64,000 bases of DNA from Candidatus Uhrbacteria bacterium RIFCSPLOWO2_01_FULL_47_17 (GTDB lineage: Bacteria; Patescibacteriota; Patescibacteriia; UBA9934; GWF2-40-263): positions 404,208 through 468,207 of the forward strand of contig MGEI01000005.1 of assembly GCA_001791305.1 (NCBI GenBank). Reading direction: 5' to 3'. The notes below the pieces were generated by a model that did not search any database, was not told the origin of the DNA, and saw only the letters and a list, made by a program, of their open reading frames with translations. Shown here piece after piece: positions 28,866 through 37,858 of this stretch. The first letter of the stretch is position 1; each line of letters opens with the position of its first letter. The translations under genes were made by a program, and so were the position numbers.

Positions 28866-29189
28866 ATGATCTACTGTCTCATGACGTCCATTGGTCTTAC
28901 CGAGGAGATTCGTTGGTGCTTGTTTGATCAAGCACGTGAATTGATCAGTCTTGGTCGGGAGCGGTGCAACATCGCCTCAGATTTTTTGGAAGGATATGTC
29001 GCGACAACTGGTAAGACCTGTGCACTTGGTGGAGTGATCGGCGTTCAGTTCGAGGCGTATGTGGAATCCAATCGCGGCAAAGGCTTGGTGCGATACCTCG
29101 TCCGTACGGGCGATCTTCCGGATCGCGAAAAACTCGCTTGGGCCTCACTTGATCCCGAACAGGGTACAGCCAAACAGGACGTGAACTAA
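28866..29189 (+). CDS. Hypothetical protein (107 aa)
   Basis: TTGACA promoter, GGAGG SD, terminator 29195-29225. Confidence 0.7.
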   Translation: MIYCLMTSIGLTEEIRWCLFDQARELISLGRERCNIASDFLEGYVATTGKTCALGGVIGVQFEAYVESNRGKGLVRYLVRTGDLPDREKLAWASLDPEQGTAKQDVN

Positions 29190-29270
29190 CCTTACAGACG
29201 CATGAATGCGTCTGTTTTTCTTTTGTTTGACATATGGTTTTGTATCGCGTATGTTGAATGTAACAAGTTT

Positions 29271-29391
29271 ATGTTGAAACAAGTATTTCTCAATTCCGTT
29301 CACCATATTCGCCCTTCCGCCTGAAGGTCTGTGTTTCTGTTGTTTAAAAAAACAAAAACACCCTTCCAGGTCGGAAGGGTGTTTTTGTTTT
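29271..29391 (+). promoter_or_regulatory. Putative leader peptide (MLKQVFLNSVHHIRPSA) and attenuator of GNAT gene
   Basis: Promoter TTGACA(29227)-17-TATGTT, ORF 29271-29324, 19-bp terminator stem 29349-29391. Confidence 0.65.
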
Positions 29392-29445
29392 GGGCGTCCC
29401 AGCCCCCTCTTCTCATCGAGGAGAGGGCGGGGGGAGAGGTGTCCC

Positions 29446-30009
29446 ATGCGTATTCGTCGATTGAATTTCAGTGATCTTCGGCAAGTGGTTCTGTTGTATT
29501 GCGGGTGTTTCACAGAAGCTCCGTGGTTCGAATGCTTCGATCCGGAAGAAGTGTGGCAAGAGTTCGTGTTGCTGTTTGCGCAAGCGCTTCCAAAAAAGGT
29601 TCGTGCAAAACACAAAGAACGCGCAGAGTTTCTCGTATGTGAAAATGAGGGTCAAATCGTGGGCGCTGCGATCGGATTTCCAATGGCTCAGAAACCAGAT
29701 GTCGCCACCCTTGTGACGACAGACACGGAACACACATTTTATTTTTCCGAACTGTTCGTGAGTTCGATGTATCGCAAGCAAGGTGTCGCGAAAGCGCTGA
29801 TTCGTGCGCGTATGAAAAAAGCTCGCGCGCGCGGGTTCACACACGGCGTGGTGCGCACCTCGATTGCGCAGTCCGTCATTCAACATCTCTATGTCGACGA
29901 GCTCGGGTTTTCGATCGTTGCGACACAAGAGGTCACATCGACAAAAGTGATCGATGGCGTGAAACAGGACGTCCCTGACACGCGTGTGATCATGGCCGGA
30001 AAAATCTAG
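29446..30009 (+). CDS. GNAT-family acetyltransferase
   Basis: FTEAPWFE, FYFSELFVSSMYRKQGVAKAL motif A, HLYVDELGF. Confidence 0.85.
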   Translation: MRIRRLNFSDLRQVVLLYCGCFTEAPWFECFDPEEVWQEFVLLFAQALPKKVRAKHKERAEFLVCENEGQIVGAAIGFPMAQKPDVATLVTTDTEHTFYFSELFVSSMYRKQGVAKALIRARMKKARARGFTHGVVRTSIAQSVIQHLYVDELGFSIVATQEVTSTKVIDGVKQDVPDTRVIMAGKI

Positions 30010-30107
30010 GAGAGGGAGGGGCATGCCCCTCCCTTACGTAAACGTACAGGCGCACGACATGCGCCTGTTTTTTGTGTATGAAAAAACCATCTCGAGATTC
30101 GAGATGG

Positions 30108-32072
30108 TTAGAGGTTGACTTCTTCGATCCAAGCCGTGAGGACAACGTCCGCAGGAGCGCGCCAGTCACCGCGAGGCGAGAGCGACACGCTTGCGATCTT
30201 CGGGCAGTCCGGCAGGTTTTGCCGTTTGAATTGTGCGTTCGAGAATCGCTTCAGGAACGCGAGCAACCATTTCAGAATCGTGGCGCGATCGAATTCTCCC
30301 GCGAACGTGAGTTCGGCGAGCCAAGCAATTTTTCGCGGCGCGTATCCATTGCGGATCATGTGCCAGAGGAAAAAGTCGTGCAGGATGTACGGACCGATGA
30401 TGTCTTCGGTTAGTTGCTCGATTTCGCCAGCCTTCTTTGCTTTCACAAGTTCTGGCGAAACGGGCGTCGCGAGAACGTCGAGGATCGACGTGCGGATTTC
30501 CTTGAAGAGCTCGATGTCCGCCGCGTGGCGAACAAGGTATTTCACGAGCGTTTTCGGGATGTCGCCGTTTGGATTGTACATCGACTGTTGATCGCCGTTG
30601 TACGTGCACCAACCTTGCGCGATTTCCGAGAGATCGCCCGTGCCAATCACGAACCCGAGGTCCATGAGAATGTGCGTGCGTTCACGCGCTTGCGCGTTCT
30701 CACACTGCAGGCACGTCCAGCACGGCTCGTGGCCAATGCTGCGAAGATGAGTCGTCACATTCTTCACAATCGAAATGTCTTTCCAGGTGACGCCGGTTTG
30801 CTGAATGAGCTTCAGCGCATTTTTCTTTGTGCGCTTCGAAGTGCCAGCGCCCGGCATCGTCACCGCAAGGATGCCCTTGCGATCCCAACCGAGTTCGTCA
30901 AACGCGCGAAGTGTGAAGAGAAATGCGAGAAGCGAATCGAGTCCGCCCGAGATGCCGATGACAACCTGACGTTTCGTCACGTTTTCGACACTCAAGAGTT
31001 TTCGCTTGAGCGCGGTCACGGCGTGGGCGAAGATGTCTTCGCACCGTTCGGCGCGTAGCTTGTCATCCGACGGAACAAACGGGAGTTTGTTCAGGGGGAC
31101 GATCGGACGCACCGCGATCGCATCGTCGGACGATTTGATCGTGCACTCGATCCGATGGAACGTTTTCGGATCGACCATCGAGGTCTGACCGAAACTTCCG
31201 GACATGAATCGCTCGCGTTCGAGCTTCTCGACATCAATGTCTGTGATGAGGAGTTGCGATTCGAACTGAAACGGTTTGGAGCGAATCCGCAGATGGCCGT
31301 TTTCGGCAATCATCGCGTCGCCGTCAAAGATGACATCGCCGGACGATTCCCACGGACCAGACGAGACGTACAAGTACGCACTCATGCAGCGCGCCGACTG
31401 TTGCGTCACGAGGTCTTTGCGATACGCTCCCTTTCCAATCTCGCTGTTTGAAGCAGAGAGATTGGTGAGGATCGTCGCGCCCGCATTCGCCATGTGCGAA
31501 CTCGGAGGAATCGGCATCCAGACGTCTTCACAGATTTCCGTGCCGAGACAAAAGATGCGGTGCTTGCTCGAACCCGTGCCCACGAACACATCTATCACGT
31601 GATTCGTTCCAAACGGAACACGCTGTCCGCAGAGTTCCACTTCCGAAATAGTCGCTTCATACGATGGTCGAAACCATCGGCTTTCGTAGAAGTGCTTGTA
31701 GTTCGGAATGAACGTCTTTGGCGTCACACACAAGATCTTGCCCTTGTGGCAGGTCACTGCAACATTGAACAACTTTTGGTTCACGAGCAGTGGCATGCCG
31801 ACTTGGATGATCATGTCGATCGCGTCTGTTAGATTGAGAAACAACTGAAGTTCCTCGACGGCTTTCTTGTGGAGAAATGGTTGCAAGAACAAATCGCCGC
31901 AGGTGTAGCCGGTAAGCGAGAGTTCTGGAAACGTGAGCAACTGTACACGCTCATGTTCAGCATTCCCAACAAGTTTCATCATCTCAAACACATTCATACG
32001 TGGATTTGCAACGTGCACTCTCGGCACCGCAACCGCCACACGAACAAGACCAAACGTATTCTTGGGTTTCAT
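30108..32072 (-). CDS. nadE: Glutamine-dependent NAD+ synthetase
   Basis: Nitrilase domain (FPELSLTGY, PK..IPNY, EICED) plus synthetase (ISGGLDS, ENAQARERT, GTGDLSE, SPRGDW). Confidence 0.95.
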   Translation of the reverse strand: MKPKNTFGLVRVAVAVPRVHVANPRMNVFEMMKLVGNAEHERVQLLTFPELSLTGYTCGDLFLQPFLHKKAVEELQLFLNLTDAIDMIIQVGMPLLVNQKLFNVAVTCHKGKILCVTPKTFIPNYKHFYESRWFRPSYEATISEVELCGQRVPFGTNHVIDVFVGTGSSKHRIFCLGTEICEDVWMPIPPSSHMANAGATILTNLSASNSEIGKGAYRKDLVTQQSARCMSAYLYVSSGPWESSGDVIFDGDAMIAENGHLRIRSKPFQFESQLLITDIDVEKLERERFMSGSFGQTSMVDPKTFHRIECTIKSSDDAIAVRPIVPLNKLPFVPSDDKLRAERCEDIFAHAVTALKRKLLSVENVTKRQVVIGISGGLDSLLAFLFTLRAFDELGWDRKGILAVTMPGAGTSKRTKKNALKLIQQTGVTWKDISIVKNVTTHLRSIGHEPCWTCLQCENAQARERTHILMDLGFVIGTGDLSEIAQGWCTYNGDQQSMYNPNGDIPKTLVKYLVRHAADIELFKEIRTSILDVLATPVSPELVKAKKAGEIEQLTEDIIGPYILHDFFLWHMIRNGYAPRKIAWLAELTFAGEFDRATILKWLLAFLKRFSNAQFKRQNLPDCPKIASVSLSPRGDWRAPADVVLTAWIEEVNL

Positions 32073-32162
32073 GTTGTCTCCTTCCTGATTTTCGCATACC
32101 GACACGATTGTCAGTGGGCGAAGAAAAGGGGCGATGTAAACATCGCCAGATCGTATCGTGTC

Positions 32163-32192
32163 CGTAGGGGAGGGTCGCGACCCTCCCCTACG
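32163..32192. repeat. Perfect 30-bp GTAG-type palindrome
   Basis: CGTAGGGGAGGGTCG-CGACCCTCCCCTACG. Confidence 0.85.
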
Positions 32193-32205
32193 AATGCGCA
32201 TCGCA

Positions 32206-33165
32206 TCAATACAGAATATCGCCGTTGTGATCCCAGTTGCGGTAACCGTGACCGTCGGGCTTGTGCACGATCGACTTCATGACCGTACCGCCGTTTGCTT
32301 CTTCGCAGCGCGCAAACGTGACGTTCACGCCATGCGACTGCTCGTCGAAAATCCCGCCGACCAGGAACACAGGCGTGCCCCACGGAAGCGGATTGCCGAT
32401 GCGGACGCCGTGTTCCTTGTTCATACCGAACTCGGTGAACGCGGTCTGGAGCGGCGCGATGTCGATCCAGTTCGTCGCATTCCAGTCGATCACTTCCTGC
32501 GTCGCGCGGCCAACCGATTCCGGTCGCCATACTTCGCGGATGACCACCATTTGCACGCCGAGGTTGCCGAGCACACGAATGTACTCGAGAATCCCAGCCG
32601 TATTTTTCACACCTGACTTGTTGATGACAAGCGACGCGCGAACCATGAGTCCAAAGCTTCGACAACGTTGAATCAACTCCGCCGGCGACTTCTTGATCAA
32701 CATGAGTTCACGATTCTGTTTGAAGTCGTGACTCGCGATCGAGAGCGTGATCATGGTGAGACCAGCATTGACGAGATCCGGAAGTAGATATTCTCTTGAA
32801 ATGGACGGTGGTAGATTGGGTTGGAACAAGTAACCGTTCGTATGCATGTCCACGAGCGGAAGATAACGACTGCATTCTTTCACAACACTCACGAGGTACT
32901 CAGCTTTTTCCTGACTTGGATCCGCACGCCCTGTGAGGATCGCGTGCGTTGCGCCCGTGCGTTCTGCAAATCGCAGACCGACACGAAGACGCTTCAAGCC
33001 ACAGAGCTTCACAAGCTTCTCGTCTTCAACCTCCGTCCCGGGCGTTGTGCGACTGATGCAAAACTTGCAACCAGCTGTGCAACGCTCGCGGGTAGAGAGC
33101 TGAATCGAAATGCTTTGTGCGCGCATCTGTCCAGAACCGTGAGCGATTTGCTGATGGTCTGCCAT
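32206..33165 (-). CDS. Radical SAM protein of unknown function
   Basis: CTAGCKFC (CxxxCxxC), LTGRADP, HTNG, ITLS; GAAGGAG SD before ATG 33165. Confidence 0.9.
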   Translation of the reverse strand: MADHQQIAHGSGQMRAQSISIQLSTRERCTAGCKFCISRTTPGTEVEDEKLVKLCGLKRLRVGLRFAERTGATHAILTGRADPSQEKAEYLVSVVKECSRYLPLVDMHTNGYLFQPNLPPSISREYLLPDLVNAGLTMITLSIASHDFKQNRELMLIKKSPAELIQRCRSFGLMVRASLVINKSGVKNTAGILEYIRVLGNLGVQMVVIREVWRPESVGRATQEVIDWNATNWIDIAPLQTAFTEFGMNKEHGVRIGNPLPWGTPVFLVGGIFDEQSHGVNVTFARCEEANGGTVMKSIVHKPDGHGYRNWDHNGDILY

Positions 33166-33248
33166 TGAATGAACTCCTTCACCTTCACACGTCGACGAAA
33201 TTGTCGGCGGGTGGAGAAAAGGATGATGCATGTGCATCATCAAGCCTG

Positions 33249-33962
33249 TTAATCCATTTCCACTCCATGTTCTTCGCCATCCATATCGTCATCACCGCGC
33301 TCATCTTCGAACGGATAGGCGGCATCGTCGCTAGAGACACCCTCGCAATCACAGGAGTGATCGATGACCTCGTTCAGACGAACGATCTTGCGTTCGAGGA
33401 GCTTCAAGCGAATGTATTGAATGAATGCGAGCACGCGCAGGTCGTCGCAGACGAACGTTTCGAGATCTTTTGTTGAGACCCAGTGACGGGTGATCCCTTC
33501 GTTCTCGCCTTCCGCGCTGCGAACGTCATCGTCCTTGCCCGTAAGTTGTTCGGGGCGTACCTCGGCATAGCAAAGGTATGCACGTTCGGTGAGGACACCA
33601 ATCGATAGCACCATGCTTTGGCCGAAGTTCAACATCTCGATGTCATCCTCCGTGAGGTCAACTCCGACTTCTTCCATCGCTTCTTTGATGAGAAGTTGTT
33701 TGGGCGAAAGTTTTACATCGAATCGACCCGCAAACGGCGTGACGAGCGTGCCGTGCGGATTCTCGTCTGACATCGCCGCAACGTGATCTTGCCTGATGAG
33801 CAAAATGCGTTCGTTGACGACATCGTGGAGAACTCCCGCAACAGAATCCGTTGTCCGGATGAATTCATTCAAGAATCGATTGCCGGGTTTTAGCCAGCGC
33901 TCCAGTATGACAAACCCTTTGTGAGGGATGTCGACCAGAACGGGAAGCGGTTTGTTTGCCAT
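33249..33962 (-). CDS. NUDIX hydrolase, NudF/ADP-ribose pyrophosphatase-like
   Basis: Partly divergent Nudix box AGRFD...KEAMEEVGV, SxGxxxE, ENEGI. Confidence 0.8.
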   Translation of the reverse strand: MANKPLPVLVDIPHKGFVILERWLKPGNRFLNEFIRTTDSVAGVLHDVVNERILLIRQDHVAAMSDENPHGTLVTPFAGRFDVKLSPKQLLIKEAMEEVGVDLTEDDIEMLNFGQSMVLSIGVLTERAYLCYAEVRPEQLTGKDDDVRSAEGENEGITRHWVSTKDLETFVCDDLRVLAFIQYIRLKLLERKIVRLNEVIDHSCDCEGVSSDDAAYPFEDERGDDDMDGEEHGVEMD

Positions 33963-34068
33963 CGTTGTTTCCTTCACCTTCACATGCCGACACAATTGTC
34001 AGCATGCGGAGAAAAGGGGTGATTGAATCACCCAGGTTATGGGCGGGGTCACCAGACCCCGCGACGAA

Positions 34069-35325
34069 TCAGACCAAACACGTAACATTTACATGTTCGT
34101 ATCGATCGTAATTCGTCAGTCGTTTCACACGCAGTACAGCAGATGTGCGGCCGGTCAGTTTCTTTCGGTTGTCCGAGAGTTTGACGGTTGCGCGTCCCGA
34201 GATGTGAGTGAGCTTGCAGACAATCGAGAGTGCTTTCAGTCCGCGATTGTTTTCGTAATTCTGGAAACCCATGTTGTTGCCAAGGTTCGTGCCCCAGCCA
34301 AACGCGAGTTTGATGCGACCGCGGAAGTGCGCGTTCAATTGCACGATGAGTCGTGCGTCGAGACCGTCCGAGAAGACAATGAGTTTCGTCTTTGGATCGA
34401 TTCCGATCAACTCGTAAAACTTGATGATCTTTTCGCCGTATGCAAACGGGTCGCCGGAATCGTGACGTGTTCCGATCCACAGCTCGGCAAACGCCTTGAA
34501 GTGTTCGAGGAAGTAGTCCGAGCCGTACGTGTCCGAAAGCGCGATCGAAAGGATGGTGCCGTAGAGTGCAAACCATTGTTCGAGGAGCAGATCGTGCGAG
34601 TACATGTACCCGCGTGCGTCGTCCTCTTTGTGGTAAATGCCTTGATAGCCCATGTCCATTTCGTGGGCGATGGTGCCGATCGCTTCAATGCCGAGTTCAA
34701 GCGCGATCCAGATGTTGGATGTGCCCGCAAATTGTTTGCCCATTGTTGCAGCACAGGTTGCAACAACTTCGAACTGCCAATCATAGCTCCACCGACGACG
34801 CGTGCTGAAATCTGTGACGACGGCGTCCGATTCCATGACAATGTCGATGTTCTCGATGAGCTTGTCGCGGCCCGAGGCAATGACTTCTTCTTCCGTGAGC
34901 CCGAGCTCTTTGCACTTTGCGCGGAAGTAGATGCGATTGACCACGTTCATGATGAACGTTTCCCACATCGTGATTGCGGTCCACTTGCCCTGCGCGTAAA
35001 TGGCGAGCTTGCCTTTCACCACGCCGACATGAATGTCCGAGAGCTTGTAGCTGCGAAGCCACGTAAGGAACGCAGGCTGCAGTTGTTTGCCAAGGGTTGG
35101 ATGATTCCGAAGGCGTTCGATCATGCCCTGCGTCATCGTCATCTGCTTGATGTGGTCGAGTTCCGCTTGGACTTGTTCGACCGTCATGTAATTGAGCAGA
35201 TTCACATCTGTCCGATTTTTGAACGTGAAGCGTCCCTTGCGTTTGCGCTGATGGAGCCAGATGAACTGGAGCATCATCAGTTTGTACTTGTCTGTATCGA
35301 GTAAGTTCTTGACGATGTCGAACAT
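34069..35325 (-). CDS. pncB: Nicotinate phosphoribosyltransferase
   Basis: LLDTDKYKLMM, DFSTRRR, GTSN, GTIAHE, RHDSGDP, FSDGL, KLSDN. Confidence 0.95.
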   Translation of the reverse strand: MFDIVKNLLDTDKYKLMMLQFIWLHQRKRKGRFTFKNRTDVNLLNYMTVEQVQAELDHIKQMTMTQGMIERLRNHPTLGKQLQPAFLTWLRSYKLSDIHVGVVKGKLAIYAQGKWTAITMWETFIMNVVNRIYFRAKCKELGLTEEEVIASGRDKLIENIDIVMESDAVVTDFSTRRRWSYDWQFEVVATCAATMGKQFAGTSNIWIALELGIEAIGTIAHEMDMGYQGIYHKEDDARGYMYSHDLLLEQWFALYGTILSIALSDTYGSDYFLEHFKAFAELWIGTRHDSGDPFAYGEKIIKFYELIGIDPKTKLIVFSDGLDARLIVQLNAHFRGRIKLAFGWGTNLGNNMGFQNYENNRGLKALSIVCKLTHISGRATVKLSDNRKKLTGRTSAVLRVKRLTNYDRYEHVNVTCLV

Positions 35326-35506
35326 CGTGCCTCCTGTTTCAACGCTTACTCATGAACCCCGTGTTCATGAGAGAAATGTGCCCCCGAATGCGTTCCACGA
35401 AGCCCCTCCTGCGAAGGAGGGGTTGGGGGAGGTTGCGCTCAGGAAAACGTTTCTTGAAGGAAAAATGTTCCCGGGGCTGAATGATTCAACCCCGAGACGA
35501 GATGAC

Positions 35507-36895
35507 TTACAATTCGCTGATGCGACGTTGCAAATCTGTTTCTGGAAAGAAGGCGAGTTCTGCGGTTGCGGTTGCGCTTCGACGAATATTCATCCAGTTT
35601 AGTTCGCCAAGCGCGACGCCGTCGCAGAAACCGCGCATAGGGCGCTTTTCTTGGTTCATGGCTTCGAATCGAATGCTTGTTTCGATCGGAAGCGGTTCGT
35701 TCTTCCAATGATGGGAGCACACGCAGCTTCCAACAAGTTGGAGCATTTGTGTGCCGGGGATGAGGCGTGATCCGCCCATGCGGTACGCATACCCCGTTGA
35801 TCCAGCCGCCGTTGAGACGAGCATGATGTCTGACATGATGGGATCGAATTTCACTTCGCCGTTCATGAGGACACGTGTCCAAATTGTTTGCCCGCTGAGG
35901 CGATCCACCCATGCATCGTTGAATGCGAGCATGTTGGATTGTGTGCCGTCAACAGATTCCGCCTCTATGTATAACAGCGATTCTGTGTACGTCTTGAGTT
36001 CGAGGTGTGATTGCAGTTGATCAACAATCTTCGTTTCGTCGAAGTCGTTGAGCAAGAATCCTTTCGTGCCGCGATTGAGTCCGAGGAAGGGAACATGGTC
36101 ACGCCACAGACGACGAATCGTATGAAGCATGAATCCATCGCCCCCAATCACGACAATGCAATTGTGTTCACCGATGGGTGTCTGAAACGCATCTGATAAT
36201 CTCTTGCCGATCGCAACCGTACTTTCATTGCGGTCGTTTGCGACAACAAGCGGTCGAAGTGTTTCTTGAAATTCCGCAGGACCTCGCATGATGCGTCCCG
36301 TGAATAACTGATGTCGTGCGATGTATTGACCAATCGCTGGTGACACAAGATCGTCGATTGACTGATGCCTGAAGATCCGTTCGCGAATTTCCGAACTGGA
36401 TCCACGGAGCGTCGGTTCGATGATCGTGTGGTGTGGCGGAAGATCTTCGGGCACGCATTCGATTCCATGGCGCATGTGCACGAGGAAGTGAAGTGTGTTC
36501 CAGACTTCCTGTCCGCAAAACCACGTTCGATGAATCTCGGACAATCCATGCGCGCCACCGGCAACGATGTCGGCGCCGATCACGTGACAGATTTCATGAT
36601 TCGGATACAGCGCACGATAGCGCTGATCTATGTCGAACGAACGCGTAAACACAGATTGCTCGAGATCTGTGAGATCAATTTCGACACGCGGGATGCGGCC
36701 GAACGCGAGGTCACAGAGTGCTGCACGAGACGCAAGTGAAAGATCGTTCGTCGTCTCTTTGTCCGGTCGCGGCCCGCACGGAAGAACGATGAGACGATCA
36801 TCCGGTCCGAGCTTACTCGCAAGTTTCTGAACAATCGCCTCATGATGCAATCCCGGAGGATTGAAACTGCCACCGTACAGAAAAATCTTTGGCAT
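35507..36895 (-). CDS. nadD: Fusion of nicotinate-nucleotide adenylyltransferase (NadD) and NAD kinase (NadK)
   Basis: YGGSFNPP, IGAD, SSSEIR in N-half; GGDGFML, GTKGFL, FND, STAAGSTGY in C-half. Confidence 0.88.
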   Translation of the reverse strand: MPKIFLYGGSFNPPGLHHEAIVQKLASKLGPDDRLIVLPCGPRPDKETTNDLSLASRAALCDLAFGRIPRVEIDLTDLEQSVFTRSFDIDQRYRALYPNHEICHVIGADIVAGGAHGLSEIHRTWFCGQEVWNTLHFLVHMRHGIECVPEDLPPHHTIIEPTLRGSSSEIRERIFRHQSIDDLVSPAIGQYIARHQLFTGRIMRGPAEFQETLRPLVVANDRNESTVAIGKRLSDAFQTPIGEHNCIVVIGGDGFMLHTIRRLWRDHVPFLGLNRGTKGFLLNDFDETKIVDQLQSHLELKTYTESLLYIEAESVDGTQSNMLAFNDAWVDRLSGQTIWTRVLMNGEVKFDPIMSDIMLVSTAAGSTGYAYRMGGSRLIPGTQMLQLVGSCVCSHHWKNEPLPIETSIRFEAMNQEKRPMRGFCDGVALGELNWMNIRRSATATAELAFFPETDLQRRISEL

Positions 36896-37042
36896 CTTGT
36901 ACTCCTGTGTTCGAAGCCCCCTCTCCCTTCGAGGGAGAGGGCTGGGGAGAGGGTTTGTCCTTGCATTAAGCGTCTCACCTCTTGAGGCGCTTAAGAAAAG
37001 GGCAGAGCTTTGGAAAACTCTGCAAGTTGGAAAAAGTTCGTG

Positions 37043-37813
37043 CTACTCTTGGATGAATCTTTCCGCGATCAGGAGTTTACGGAGGATATGCGGGCTCGAT
37101 TTGTCGACGACGTAGAGGTTCTCTCTTTTATCGGCGAACGTGCCAGCGACGAGTTCGGCGGCGATCTCGTCTGCCGCACGACCCGAGCCTTTCACCACAA
37201 TGGTGGGCCAACCTTTCTTGATCGAGCGCATGACTTCATCGCGCGTGATCGCACCGCCGTTCCAGGCAATGACGCCGGCGCGGTGGAAGCCGCCGTATTG
37301 CGTGAGCTGATCCATGAGTCCGAACGCGGCATCCAAGTCGCCATCCCAACCGAGCTTGCCTTCCGCCCCGTCTTGAACGAGGAGGATTGCGTTCATGCTC
37401 GGGTTTGGCGCGGTGCCGTAGTCGTCGAGTACGAGGCGAGACTCTTCGACGAGACGCAGAACGTCCGTGCGAGGAGTCGAACCGAGTGCGACACACTTTG
37501 GATTGCCCGCGGCAACAACGCCAGGAACATCTGTGACCATCGGATCGAGGTTGCCGTCTTTGTCGAATTGGCGCGTGCCACCCGACCAGATCATGCCCTC
37601 GAAACCCTTGAATGCGATCTGGAAAAAATCCATCATCGCTTTCTTATCATCGGCATTCATCCCTTTGCATCCGCCGCTGATGCGAATGCAGACTTTACGC
37701 GCCGCACGCGTTGCCATGAGGGCGAACGTTGCGGGGAGTTGAGCTCCCTTGTCTTGAATGATCAGAACAGTCCTGCCGTCCTGACCAGTTACCGTTTTTG
37801 CGGACATGAACAC
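37043..37813 (-). CDS. SLOG-superfamily protein, TRPM-type (LSDAT-like)
   Basis: ISGG, SGGT, LGSTP, W, NGGAIT, WPTIVVKGSGRAAD. Confidence 0.78.
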   Translation of the reverse strand: MFMSAKTVTGQDGRTVLIIQDKGAQLPATFALMATRAARKVCIRISGGCKGMNADDKKAMMDFFQIAFKGFEGMIWSGGTRQFDKDGNLDPMVTDVPGVVAAGNPKCVALGSTPRTDVLRLVEESRLVLDDYGTAPNPSMNAILLVQDGAEGKLGWDGDLDAAFGLMDQLTQYGGFHRAGVIAWNGGAITRDEVMRSIKKGWPTIVVKGSGRAADEIAAELVAGTFADKRENLYVVDKSSPHILRKLLIAERFIQE

Positions 37814-37858
37814 CTTCGCACTTCCTAATTTTCCACACCCATGATTTCACGGACGCAG

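Noticed and set aside
32073-34068. Repeated spacers as a CRISPR array or integron attC sites
   Set aside because: They are separated by whole genes, diverge in sequence, lack GTTRRRY/RYYYAAC ends, and no cas or integrase gene is present.
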